Below are positions 11,058-21,913 of a DNA stretch of 64,000 bases, piece after piece (the first letter of the stretch is position 1; each line of letters starts with the position of its first letter). Origin of the DNA: a bacterium (lineage in GTDB: Bacteria; SZUA-182; DTGQ01; JAFGSM01); assembly GCA_049472335.1 (NCBI GenBank), contig JBLIRO010000008.1, forward strand, positions 1 through 64,000, in the 5' to 3' direction. Below the pieces are notes generated by a model. That model was not told where the DNA came from, ran no database searches, and saw only the letters and a program-made list of their open reading frames with translations. Made by a program: the position numbers and the translations under genes.

Positions 11058-12110
11058 TTAAAATTGAGACCCGCTGTTAAAAACGGGTTCGTAATTACCA
11101 GTGCCCTTGATCTTGATTGTCACTGTAAAGGTATCGTTGGGATTATCACTGCCATGATAATGAAAAACAAGTTGTGTCGCATATTGAGATTCTTTTAATG
11201 ACCTGTAAGTATTTTCCTGAACGAGGTTTCCATCCTCATCTTTACTGATTCCTATTTCCATAGGCTCATAACCATATTGATAAACCGCCTGCCGAACATA
11301 ATTCGTTCCCCACATGCCTTCATGCTCCCAACCTGCAACCTGAGGAAAATCGACTCCTTCTATATTGTCATACATAGGAAGAACAATCCTGAACATTTCC
11401 CCTGGCTTAAATGTAAAGGTTTCCCCGTCATCCTCTATGGTGATTATCTTTATCTGGGAAGTACCTTCTTTAGTAATCGCCTTTCCAGTGCCGGCCTGCA
11501 CCAACATAGCAGAGTCGGCGAAAAGATGTAGACTCCACTCTCCTCCGTTAAGATCTGTCACTCCGACCCATGCACCAGGCCTTAAGTACGAGGAGACAGG
11601 AATCCATCCTGGGGCATAATAGGCTCCCATAGAAGGATTATAGGTTATTGCAGAAAAACTGGGAATGCCAGGGACTACATCAGAAGAGGTTGCATAATTT
11701 CTGTAACTGTTCCAGTTATATAATGGATCTCTATTAAACAATCCGGATGTTGAGTTGCCTGGGATATAGAACTGGCCATTCTGGCCATAAATAGGTTCCG
11801 AATTTAATAAGAGTTGTGAGGATGATCTGGATGAGAAGCGCTGTTGTTGGGACCATGGCTGGAGAACGGAATTAAACGATCCGGAATATCCGGGAACATA
11901 AGATTGGAATCCCCATTGTTGCCCATATTGGCTAATAGGATTAAATAATGAAGAATATCCGGGTGTATATTGTTGAAATCCCCAAGGTTGATTATATTGA
12001 CCATAAAAATTGGGAAGCTGCCAGGGGAGTGGGAATCCTTGGGCAAGAATTATTGAACTGTTAAATATTAAAAAAACACTTATTATTGCAGCAATTGCCA
12101 ATTTTTTCAT
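11058..12110 (-). CDS. Secreted protein with Gln/Tyr/Pro-rich N-terminus and chagasin (I42)-like C-terminal domain
   Basis: Signal peptide; repeated WGFQxYxPGYS; ITIEDDGETFTFKPGEMFRIVLP...FTVTIKI. Confidence 0.6.
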   Translation of the reverse strand: MKKLAIAAIISVFLIFNSSIILAQGFPLPWQLPNFYGQYNQPWGFQQYTPGYSSLFNPISQYGQQWGFQSYVPGYSGSFNSVLQPWSQQQRFSSRSSSQLLLNSEPIYGQNGQFYIPGNSTSGLFNRDPLYNWNSYRNYATSSDVVPGIPSFSAITYNPSMGAYYAPGWIPVSSYLRPGAWVGVTDLNGGEWSLHLFADSAMLVQAGTGKAITKEGTSQIKIITIEDDGETFTFKPGEMFRIVLPMYDNIEGVDFPQVAGWEHEGMWGTNYVRQAVYQYGYEPMEIGISKDEDGNLVQENTYRSLKESQYATQLVFHYHGSDNPNDTFTVTIKIKGTGNYEPVFNSGSQF

Positions 12111-12321
12111 GCTTTCTTCCCTCTGGTAATTGTTAGAAATAAAAAATGTTAAAGCCTTTTAATCCATATTATAAATAGCCTCCTTTTTATAAGTTTGTTG
12201 TAAAATATTTTGTTGTATAATATATAAAAGACGAATTTAATTTTTTAAGGTTACGGTAATCGATCTGATAATCATGATGAGAATACATTCATATAATAAT
12301 CTGAGTATACTGCTCTGATCT

Positions 12322-12669
12322 TTATTTTTTTATATATATTTTTTTGTTTTCAACCTTTGTTTGATAAGTCTTAAGGTCGTGAGCCGACCTGATAACATTA
12401 AGCGCCTGGATACCCGGAGGAAAATGTGCCCATTTAATAACTCTGCCGGTTTTAATATCGAATTGTGCCTTATGTATCCAGCATTGAATAATGGTTCCGT
12501 TTATTATCTTCCCTTTTGCAAGTGACGCAAGCATATGGGGGCAGCGGCTCTGAGTGGCATAAAAACCATCTTCAAGGTGGAAGAGGAGGATGGATTCGCC
12601 GTCGATGGTGAAGGACTTTTTTTCCCCTGCGGTGATAGCATCTTCATCACAAACATATTTGAATTCCAT
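12322..12669 (-). CDS. Rieske [2Fe-2S] ferredoxin
   Basis: CPH...CWIH ligands; start MEFKYV at 12669 behind AGGAG. Confidence 0.9.
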   Translation of the reverse strand: MEFKYVCDEDAITAGEKKSFTIDGESILLFHLEDGFYATQSRCPHMLASLAKGKIINGTIIQCWIHKAQFDIKTGRVIKWAHFPPGIQALNVIRSAHDLKTYQTKVENKKIYIKK

Positions 12670-12808
12670 ATTCGTCTCTCCTTTCAAGAATTTTAAGGAA
12701 TAATCATAAAAGTAGCTTAAATTGCAAGGTTCGTATATAATTTTACTATTATAATATATAGGATTAAATAGCAATTAAATAGCAATATAACTTAAAAGAA
12801 TCCCCTCA

Positions 12809-14326
12809 ATGTACGATGTAATAATTATCGGATCAGGAATCGGCGGTATAAGCTGTGCAGCAAGGCTTGCCAAGAATGGGCTGAAGGTCCTTGTTCTGGA
12901 GAAAGCCGAGCACATAGGCGGCACAAGCTTTGTGTTCAACAGGGGATTGTATTCTTTCCCTATGGGGCCCCTATCCTTTGGCTATTATAAGTACATAGAG
13001 GATTTTTTTAAAGATATAGGCATTGACAGAAAAATCGAATATAAAAGAAATCACTTTCAATTAGTTTCTCCCTTTTTAAATATTATCTATTCCAGTCCCC
13101 TTGATATTCTGAAAGAAAAATTGAAGGAAATCTTTCCAAAGGAAAAAAATATCAATGTTTTTTTTACAAAGATGGAAGATATTATAGCCTCGACTCGTGA
13201 TATCAATGTCTGGCACCCGGATTATCGTCTTGATAGTGATTTGGATCAAGAATCGAGACGACCCAATATGGGCATGGAAAAGAAAATTGCCCTGATTGAT
13301 GAGTATTCCAGAACTCCTTCCAGGAATATGATCGATAGCTATTTTTCCGATCCGGTTTTAAAAAACCTTCTAGGTTCTCAGGGTACCACTCCCCCATTTA
13401 TGTCTGTGTTGAATCTCGCATTTATGTGGAATATTGTATCCTCTGAAGGGATATGGTTTCCATCCTGCGGGATTCACGGACTAAATAATTTAGCCAAAGA
13501 TGTCGTTCTTCAGTACGGAGGCTCGATAAAATTACGCTCGGAAGTAAAAGAGATTATTTTAGAGAAGGGGAGGGCGGTCGGCGTGAAAACAAAAAACAGG
13601 GATGAATATGCATCGCGATGGGTAGTTTCGAACGCTGATTATAAAAAGACCTTTCTCCATATGGTGGACTTGAATGAAGTCCCTACAGGATTTATTGAGA
13701 AGATAAAAAAGGCTCCTTACACAGGCACGGAGGTATGTGTATATCTGGGGATCGATCCCAAAAAAGTTGATTTGGGTGCCATGAAAGCCGCCCATTTTTT
13801 TTATCGTCACCGTCTTGATCCCTCAAAGTCTGACCCGGAGGATTTTGAAAATCGTGAGATAGAGATATGCCTGTGGTCTGAAAACGCGCCTGATCTCGTA
13901 CCTGAGAATAAGATTGCCTTGGTATTGCGGGCCGGATTCCCATACGAGCATATTGCCCATTTTCGTACCGGAGCAAAAAAGAGGAGGGATGGATACAAGG
14001 GTTTTAAGGATAATTTAACAAACAGATTGATTGCTGTTGCTGAAAATGTCATTCCCGGTCTTTTTTCCGCTATAGATCGCATAGAGTCTGCTACCCCATT
14101 GACATATGAAGATTGGGGTGGCAGGTATCGGGGGTCAATTGCAGGATGGACATGGAGTTTTGGTTATCAGGGGGTTTTGGGAAAGAGGCTTCTTGTCCGG
14201 ACACCTGTTAAAAATCTCCTAATGGTCGGGATCTATGCCTCTTCCGAACTTTTTATGGGAGGTATGTCCACAGCCGTATTCACAGCCAGATGCGTTTCGG
14301 ATTGGATTATAAAAAATATGGATTAA
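12809..14326 (+). CDS. Phytoene desaturase-family FAD-dependent oxidoreductase
   Basis: IIGSGIGG...VLVLEK dinucleotide fold; VVSNAD; ATPLTYEDW...GSIAGW; TPVKNLLMVG. Confidence 0.88.
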   Translation: MYDVIIIGSGIGGISCAARLAKNGLKVLVLEKAEHIGGTSFVFNRGLYSFPMGPLSFGYYKYIEDFFKDIGIDRKIEYKRNHFQLVSPFLNIIYSSPLDILKEKLKEIFPKEKNINVFFTKMEDIIASTRDINVWHPDYRLDSDLDQESRRPNMGMEKKIALIDEYSRTPSRNMIDSYFSDPVLKNLLGSQGTTPPFMSVLNLAFMWNIVSSEGIWFPSCGIHGLNNLAKDVVLQYGGSIKLRSEVKEIILEKGRAVGVKTKNRDEYASRWVVSNADYKKTFLHMVDLNEVPTGFIEKIKKAPYTGTEVCVYLGIDPKKVDLGAMKAAHFFYRHRLDPSKSDPEDFENREIEICLWSENAPDLVPENKIALVLRAGFPYEHIAHFRTGAKKRRDGYKGFKDNLTNRLIAVAENVIPGLFSAIDRIESATPLTYEDWGGRYRGSIAGWTWSFGYQGVLGKRLLVRTPVKNLLMVGIYASSELFMGGMSTAVFTARCVSDWIIKNMD

Positions 14327-15053
14327 TCCATTAATGCTATATAATTCAATATGATTAGGTAAATTATAGTTCTTATGGATCTTGAACTTATAATTTATAA
14401 CTGATATATTATATTTAGATATAAATAGATATAAAATTAAGTAATCTTTAAAAATCTATTAAGAAATTTTTTGGTTTATTCATATCCATAGTTTTATAGC
14501 TATTGGCATTTATCATTAATCTTTGAGCGAGATAATACTTATTATTAAACTATATTCTCTAGTTATCTAACCCGTTAACTTAAAGGGGACATAATGGGAA
14601 GAGGTTAATGATTAAAAGTATATCAATCTTTACACATTGCTGATCAAAAGACAGTTTATATTCTCCGTTTGATTTTATTAACTGATTTTCTATTGACATT
14701 TATAATATGCAGCCGAGAGCTCTTATAAGGTTATTTTTAAACCACATCTTGAAATCATTATATAATCCTAATCCTCAACCATCTACACATAATATAACCT
14801 ATCGAGTATTTATTTTTATCTCAAACTAATTCATATACCAAAACCGGCTTTAATATAAATATAAACCCAAATGCTTTGAAAGTATTTGAAGCGGCAGACA
14901 CCAAATAGGGTCTTCAAAAGCTGTATAACCTTGTACAACGTCTTTTAGGAAACAGGGCAATTTTGTTTTGCGAGAGGAGGTGATGTTTATAGTAGTTTAA
15001 ATGGAATTGTGGAAGGGGGAGGCAATTTAACCATGAGGAAAGGAGATCAAAAA

Positions 15054-15545
15054 ATGAAGAAACTGATGATCACCGGGTTGTTGCTGGCGACCCTGGTTAT
15101 TTTGACGACAGGTATGGCTATAGCTGGAGCTATTTCGTCTGCATTAGTGGAATTCCTAAATCCTGCGGATATTGGTCAGGAATCCCTTTATAATGAATGC
15201 ACAGGTGAGTGGATACATCTCGTAGGCACCTTTCAATTGGTAACCCAATTGAATATTGATGGTAGGGGAGTGGTACATATCATCTACCACGTAAACCCTC
15301 AGCAAATAGTCGCTACTAGTCCTTCGAACAACATATATCTCCCCGTAGGTGTAGGCACTACACATGCAAACTATTTTGGTATGTTCCCGATTCAAGGAAC
15401 CTTTACCAATAATGTCATTTTTGTCTGTCCGGGAACAGGCATGAGTATGCGGCTTAAAATCACACAGCATACAACCATAAACGGGAACGGAGATATGACT
15501 GCGGACTTTTTAAAATTGGAGCTCGTGTGCGGGCCGGGAAGTTGA
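15054..15545 (+). CDS. Secreted hypothetical beta-rich protein
   Basis: AGGAG SD; signal peptide; NECTGEWIHLVG...HTTINGNG...LVC. Confidence 0.75.
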   Translation: MKKLMITGLLLATLVILTTGMAIAGAISSALVEFLNPADIGQESLYNECTGEWIHLVGTFQLVTQLNIDGRGVVHIIYHVNPQQIVATSPSNNIYLPVGVGTTHANYFGMFPIQGTFTNNVIFVCPGTGMSMRLKITQHTTINGNGDMTADFLKLELVCGPGS

Positions 15546-15638
15546 TAATAAGACGACAAGGATTTGTGTTTTTTTGCCTTGCATTTTTCTTTTTGGAAAT
15601 TGTTAAAAAATAGAACGTCCCCTTTTACTTTCGGAATG

Positions 15639-15662
15639 GGGCGGGATTTTGCAATCCCGCCC
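15639..15662. terminator. GC-rich hairpin between convergent genes (terminator or REP-like)
   Basis: GGGCGGGATT-TTGC-AATCCCGCCC, perfect 10-bp stem; no U-tract. Confidence 0.45.
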
Positions 15663-15896
15663 TCATGCTCTAATGCCCCATATTGTTAAGGTTAATATAA
15701 GTATGTGTGTTTTCTATCCTAAATCACAAAATTTTATTTTATAGAGAAAATTAATACATTTTTTACTGCCCTGTCCCACGTCAGGATTTTCATCTTTATG
15801 AGGTTTTAGATCCTTAGTCGGCTTATTTCTATGAAAATGATCTTTTTAAGACAAGATTGATTTGATTAATATAATCTCAAATTCTGTCTCTTTTAT

Positions 15897-16442
15897 TCAC
15901 AGCGATTCAGTAGAGAGAGGATATGGTGGAGGATAGGCCATTTCACATGAGATCATTTGTCCTTCCTTGATTCCATATATATTAAGGTACGAGAATGTTA
16001 AATCTTCAATCCAAAGCTCATGGGAACTCATCCCCCAACCTGCGAATCCCATGAATCTGTCTCCTGAAATATTAGCCTCAACTACTGCACCCCATTGCTG
16101 ATATTTAACCTTATATCCATCAATATCAATATACTCAAATTCATAGTACTCTAATTCATCAGATGTCTTTAGTGGTTTAACCAATATTTCGCTGCTCACT
16201 TCACCTATTGTAATGGTCCCGGTAAAGGTTGATAGATAATACTTTCCAAATCTTTCTATAATATTGCTGCACAGATTGGCAGATGCCGGGATCGGAGGTT
16301 CCGGTGTCGGCATCATAGGAAAAACATACCCTTCTATATTCAATTCAATTTTTTGAACCGGTGACTGTGCTACTACTATTACAGTTACTATCACTAATAT
16401 TATCAAAGATGCGAATAATGAAGGTAAGACCCTTCGTTTCAT
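15897..16442 (-). CDS. Exported hypothetical protein
   Basis: GGAAGG SD; hydrophobic N-terminus; 181 aa. Confidence 0.7.
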   Translation of the reverse strand: MKRRVLPSLFASLIILVIVTVIVVAQSPVQKIELNIEGYVFPMMPTPEPPIPASANLCSNIIERFGKYYLSTFTGTITIGEVSSEILVKPLKTSDELEYYEFEYIDIDGYKVKYQQWGAVVEANISGDRFMGFAGWGMSSHELWIEDLTFSYLNIYGIKEGQMISCEMAYPPPYPLSTESL

Positions 16443-17091
16443 TTTTTACCTTCCTTTCTTCAGCCTTACATAGAATGAAGCTGACTTGATACCAACACAT
16501 ATTGCTAAATAGTTAAAGTTTTTTAGCAATTGTGCGATAAGATTAATATGATTTAGGATAGTTGGTTGATAACTAGAATAATCTCCCACTTGCACCTAAT
16601 TAATCAATGAAATTTGATCTAATTTACAAATAGTTAGGTAATATATGCCGTATTGAAAAAGAGCAGAAGAGTTGTGCTGGTTAATATTATGGGGTATATG
16701 AACGACTGCTTTTTTAAATATATTTTTACCAGTTAGAAAGCTTTTGTCGCGTGTGATTGAAAGGTAATCACAAATTCCACATTAAAGTTTATCAATAATA
16801 AAATAATTTGTCAATTCATCTTAACAGTTCATCTTACACAGTTATGTTATCTTAACAGCTAAAAAAACGTTCCCTTTTACCTATTAAGTCTCAAATATCG
16901 AGTGGAAATCCTTTAGATGTAAAGAGAAGTATAATATAATATAACCAGAAATTTTTGACATTTCTGAATTCAATATTTTAAAAAAAATATACTTGAATTT
17001 ATGAATATAATTGACAGGCCCTATAAGATATTTTATAATTTTATTATATAAATTTATTTTTATAAATCATTTACCAGTAAAAGATCATCTA

Positions 17092-18049
17092 ATGGATAAT
17101 GCAGAGCATCTATCAGTAGTGACCAGGCGTGATTTCCTCAAAACAATGGCCATGGTATCCGTCTCTGCTATGTCCATCCCTTCTTTAAACCTTTTAGCTT
17201 TCAGCCCGTTGAGAATAGGTGTTCTGTTGCCTGAGTAAAGGATTTATCCGGATTTAGGAAAAAACTGGCTCGCAGGCGCCAATCTATTTTTAAAGCAAAA
17301 GGATTATTGCGCTGCTGGGCGCCGAATTGTGCTTATTCCAGAAAGCAGTGGTTTTACAACCGGTGCTGTTTCCCATGTTGTCAAAAGGTTTATAAACAAT
17401 AAAATGAAGCTGATAACCGGAATGATCAGCCCTGATGTTGCCACAGGACTGGAAAACTATCTTGCCGGGAATGGGACTTTTTTGATCATGAGCGGTCTTG
17501 GTGCGAATGCATGGAAACCAGCAATTGAAAGCCCTTATATCTATAGCCATTCTTTAAACACATGGGAGGCCGCATGGGCGACAGGAAACTGGTCAGCTAG
17601 CAACCTGGGGCATCGCGCTATAATAATCTCATCTTTTTATGAAAGCGGATTCGATTCTTTGCTCGCTTTTCGCCTGGGCTTTGAGGAATGTAAAGGGAAA
17701 ATATTCGATACCATTGTAACTGACGCACCCATTGCGGGAAAAGATCTGCTTGAAAATGCCTTCCGGAAAATAAAGGAAAAACAACCTGATATGATTTATG
17801 CTTCTTATTGTGGCGATGCCGCTGAGGATTTTATCAAAGGGTATATTTCGGCCGGCCTGGCTGGAAAGGTGCCCTGAGACCCGATCTACCACAGGACCGC
17901 TTTTTCTTTTGAAAGGCCTGTCAAATGGAAATGACTCAGGACGAAGGGTTGTCACTCGCCTGGAGAATCCTGCACAGAGGGATAAGAGAATCGACCGGCT
18001 TTGTGCCAGCACAAGATCCAGATGGATTGACTTGTATCTGAACGTTTAA
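17092..18049 (+). pseudogene. Tat-exported ABC substrate-binding protein (branched-chain amino acid type), disrupted
   Basis: TRRDFLK Tat motif; IGVLLPE*RIYPDLG with in-frame TAA at 17236-17238; continues in frame to 17877; C-terminal piece TRSTTGPLFL...RSRWIDLYLNV* lies in another frame, implying an internal deletion. Confidence 0.75.
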
Positions 18050-18098
18050 ATAATATTGAGTATGATATTTGGAATAGATCAAAAAAAATAAGGATGCC

Positions 18099-18833
18099 AT
18101 GCATATATTCAGACTTGCCTGGAATAGATTTTTATTAGGATTTCTGCTTTGTGCAGCCTTTCTGTCTTTTGCCTGCCGGATTTGCGCGGATGGCAAAATA
18201 ACAGTAACCAAGGAAGATTCCTTTTCTGATTCGAACAATAAAGGCAAGGTTGAGGTTGGTGAAACCATCGAGTATACAATAACCATTGAGAATATCGGCA
18301 ATGAAGATGCCTCCAATATAAACCTGGAGGATATCCTCGGACCAAATCTCACCCTGGTGCCCAATTCGGTGGTGGTTGCCAAGGATGACTTATATAGCTG
18401 TGTAGGCAACACTGATCTGGATGTTGATTCAGAGAACGGTATTCTATCCAATGACCTTGACCCGGACAATACTGCACTGGCCGTCACCCTTCTCAACGGT
18501 GACACAGATCTGTCCGGACCAACTACCTATGGTGGATCCGTGCAAATGACGGAAGACGGAAGCTTTGTCTATATTCCACCGGGCCCGGGGGGGGATATTG
18601 ATTTCGATGGGGTCGAGATCGCCGGCCGTAATGAAATCGGCGTTCTGATAAAAGATGCCCAGGGTAAAGTCGATTACAGCCATACCTCGATACCCAATCC
18701 CAAAGGTGCCGGAGGATACGGCATTCGTCTGGAAGACTCAAGTGAAGACATTACCTTTGCGGGAACAGTTGGTTTTGGATCGATCTCGAATATGAAGATG
18801 ACAGGGAAGATCCGTAATAACGATCTTGATTAA
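18099..18833 (+). pseudogene. Truncated large adhesin-like gene (DUF11-type + cadherin-like Ig repeat)
   Basis: Signal peptide; VEVGETIEYTITIENIGNEDA; AKDDLY...GILSNDLDPD...DGSFVYIP; then abrupt switch to a beta-helix-like piece and early stop. Confidence 0.6.
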
Positions 18834-18843
18834 GGAGGAAGTC

Positions 18844-19437
18844 ATGTCTGATCCATTTATTGCGGAGATCCGGATATTTGCCGGCAATTTTGCGCCTCAT
18901 GGCTGGGCCTTCTGCAATGGCCAGCTTTTACCTATAGCCCAGAACACAGCGCTGTTTTCACTCATTGGAACCACTTACGGGGGTGACGGAAGGACAACGA
19001 CCGGACTTCCCAACCTTCAGGGGCGGGTGCCCATGCACCCGGGAAGAGGGCCGGGATTGGCTGACAAGAGGCTAGGGCAAAAGGGAGGGGTCACAACCGT
19101 TACCCTGACAGAGGCCCAGATGCCTCAACATACCCATACACTTCAGGCTACGGAGGAGGAAGTGGACCGCAGGACCCCGAAAGAACGTTTTCTGGCCGAG
19201 GAAGAACAGGTCTATGGACCGGCAGTAAATCTGGGGAACATGGCCGATGGGGCTTTGACAGCCAATGGTGGAAGCGGGCCGCATAATAACATGCAGCCCT
19301 ATCTGGTCGTAAATTTTATTATTGCACTGGTCGGGATTTACCCGATTTACATGAACATAAACGGGCAAGTTTTGGACTGTATATCCCGAAAAGATTATAA
19401 GGATGAGCCTGTTAGTCTAATAAGCGGTAAGGAGTAG
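18844..19437 (+). CDS. Phage tail-collar domain ('microcystin-dependent') protein with aberrant C-terminal extension
   Basis: MSDPFIAEIRIFAGNFAPHGWAFCNGQLLPIAQNTALFSLIGTTYGGDG...NNMQPYLVVNFIIALVGIYP; AGGAGG SD. Confidence 0.85.
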   Translation: MSDPFIAEIRIFAGNFAPHGWAFCNGQLLPIAQNTALFSLIGTTYGGDGRTTTGLPNLQGRVPMHPGRGPGLADKRLGQKGGVTTVTLTEAQMPQHTHTLQATEEEVDRRTPKERFLAEEEQVYGPAVNLGNMADGALTANGGSGPHNNMQPYLVVNFIIALVGIYPIYMNINGQVLDCISRKDYKDEPVSLISGKE

Positions 19438-19445
19438 TGAGAATA

Positions 19446-20185
19446 ATGAGAAGGACCACATATCAAATCATCATAGTGATACTTACAGGATTGCTGTTGT
19501 CGGGTATTGCATATGGTGATTTTCCCGATTCCCTGAATTTGGGGGATCTTAAACCAGGTCAATGGGTAACCGTCACCTTCAAGTAACTGTAAATACCGAT
19601 ATTCAGCCGGATGTCACCGATATCAGCAACCAGGCAAAGGTTTTCGGGGATGATTTCACTACCGTGTATTCGGATGATCCGGATACTTCGGAAGAGAACG
19701 ATCCGACAGAAACCCCGCCTGAACCCATCTTTGCTATAATGCTTGATATGCCGAAGGGCTGGAGGATGATCTCCCTGCCTTTGACACCTTATAATGCCAG
19801 ATTGTCATGGTTGTTTCCTGACGCTGCAGCCTTATATGGTTATAAAAAGGGATTAGGGTATGTCATTGTGAGGCGGGAAGATGAATTATAGGTCGGAAGC
19901 GGTTATTGGTTATTATTGGACCAAAATCAAAACTGCCTGCTCACCGGCGAACCTGTCTTGTCGTATACCCTCCCGCTTTATGAGGACGGATGGGCCATGA
20001 TCGGAGGATGTACGTACCCGGCTCAGGCCTTTTCAGACAACAGCAGCATTATTGTCATCTATGGTTATGTCAAAGGAATGGGATATAATCGTGTACTTCA
20101 ATCTGAGATTGAACCCGGAAAAGGATACTGGATATTATTTAAAAATGTTACGGATCAGGCTGAATTTAGAGTGATTAAAAAATAA
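19446..20185 (+). pseudogene. Secreted protein with C-terminal GW/GYW module; one frameshift and one nonsense codon
   Basis: MRRTTYQIIIVILTGLLLSGIAYG...LGDLKPGQWVTVTF, shift near 19580 to QVTVN...SNQA...SDDPDT; GWRMISLP...EDEL*(TAG 19889-19891)VGSGYWLLL...PGKGYWI. Confidence 0.8.
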
Positions 20186-20305
20186 AAAAGGGGGCGGTTT
20201 TATTTTTTTAGTTAAATCCCTCATTATTTAGGTTGAAAAAATCTCAAAGCTTCGTTATACTCTCCTTAAAAAAGCACATTTATCAAAAAATCACATAAAA
20301 ATATC

Positions 20306-21787
20306 ATGTATTTAAGAAAAAAGAAAATAATATTTTCCATTTTTATTATCATTATCTTTCTTTATATCTTACTGCTTATCCCGGAAAAGGAGTTCGTTCC
20401 GCCCCCGGCTGCCGGCACAAGCCAGTTCGTATGGAATCGGGATGAATTGTGGGATTCACTCGAAGAACAATTCATACAGGCCAAGGCTTTGGAAAAGGAT
20501 GAGCTTAAAACACGAATTGATATTGCATCTGCAGAACTTGAAAAACTCATTGACAGGATTGCAATTGAACCACTGGGACCGGAATCCGGAATGTTTGATG
20601 AACTGGAAGACCGGTTATTCCGGCTGGCATCCCTGGTTGGGGCGGCTAAAGATGGGCTTACTGACTATATCAGGCTTTTTTCCAGGATACGGTACGAAGT
20701 GAAGAAACAGTCACAAGCCTGGGACATGAATTCCCGGACCGCCCGTCACCGAATATATCGATTGCTTTATGGGGGGCGGGCAGCAGTTGAAGAGGTGATG
20801 TTGCAGGCTCCCCCTGAATTAGTGAAGCAACTTGTCAAGGATCATGACGAGCCCTCGGCGACTCCATACGCTTCCATATTAGGTGTAATCCTTCATAGCG
20901 GCGATATATTGGTGTCCCGGGGAGGAGCCCCTACATCCGCCCTTATTGCCCGGGGGAATGACTATCCTGGCAACTTCTCGCATGTAGCATTAGTACAGGT
21001 GGATGAAAAACTCCATTTGCCTTCTATCGTAGAAGCCCATATTGAAGAGGGTGTGGTTATAAATTCACTGGAAGATTATCTAACGGATACCAAGTTGCGG
21101 GTAATGATCCTGCGCCTCCGCTCCGACCTCCCTAATCTTAGGGGAAATCCTATGCTTCCGCACCAGGCGGCATCCTATGGGCTTGAAGAGGCCCGTTCCC
21201 GGCATATTCCCTATGATTTTGAAATGGACTTTGACGATCCTGCAAAACAATTTTGTTCGGAAGTAGCATCAGCGTCTTATAAGCAATTCGGGATTTCTCT
21301 TTGGATGGGAATTTCAAATATCTCTTCTACCGGCACTAAAGCATGGCTTGCATCCCTGGGAGTTCGACATTTTACAACCCAGGAACCGTCTGATCTTGAA
21401 TATGATCCCCAATTACGGGTGGTAGCCGAATGGCGTGACCTGGAAACATTGTATATGGACCACATTGACAACGCAGTGCTGGACGCAATGCTTGAGGGGG
21501 CGGAGAAGGGTGACCGGCTTACTTATTCCTGGTATCTGCTGCCGCTGTCACGCATTATCAAGGGTTATAGTATGATTTTAAACCTGTTTGGGAGAGCCGG
21601 TCCTATACCGGAAGGTATGGGCGCTACAACTGCATTAAGGGTAAGAGATTTTTCCGAAATGCACGGTGCCATAAAAGAAAGGGTCCTTATTGCGGCAGAG
21701 AAATTTAAGGAGCGAAACGGATATATACCTCCTTACTGGGAAATGGTTAAAATGGCCCGGAATGCAAAAGAAGAAGCTGCTGTGTAG
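20306..21787 (+). CDS. Membrane-anchored permuted papain-like NlpC/P60 (YiiX/YebB-like) amidase
   Basis: SGDILVSRG...FSHVALV...IPYDFEMD...FCSEV (His before Cys); N-terminal TM. Confidence 0.85.
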   Translation: MYLRKKKIIFSIFIIIIFLYILLLIPEKEFVPPPAAGTSQFVWNRDELWDSLEEQFIQAKALEKDELKTRIDIASAELEKLIDRIAIEPLGPESGMFDELEDRLFRLASLVGAAKDGLTDYIRLFSRIRYEVKKQSQAWDMNSRTARHRIYRLLYGGRAAVEEVMLQAPPELVKQLVKDHDEPSATPYASILGVILHSGDILVSRGGAPTSALIARGNDYPGNFSHVALVQVDEKLHLPSIVEAHIEEGVVINSLEDYLTDTKLRVMILRLRSDLPNLRGNPMLPHQAASYGLEEARSRHIPYDFEMDFDDPAKQFCSEVASASYKQFGISLWMGISNISSTGTKAWLASLGVRHFTTQEPSDLEYDPQLRVVAEWRDLETLYMDHIDNAVLDAMLEGAEKGDRLTYSWYLLPLSRIIKGYSMILNLFGRAGPIPEGMGATTALRVRDFSEMHGAIKERVLIAAEKFKERNGYIPPYWEMVKMARNAKEEAAV

Positions 21788-21913
21788 AAGATTCTTATTG
21801 ATTTTCACAATCATGACCTCTTAATAAACGGCATGGAAATATAATTGGATTATAAAAGAAAAAACGACGAAAATAATAACAGAGATGCAAAATAAATTCA
21901 GGAAGGAAGAAGA

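Noticed and set aside
14955..14972. Sigma54 promoter for gene 15054
   Set aside because: GG-GC spacing is 12 nt, not the required 10.
18844..19437. Prophage or contractile injection system
   Set aside because: A lone tail-collar gene; no sheath, tube, baseplate, capsid or integrase genes.
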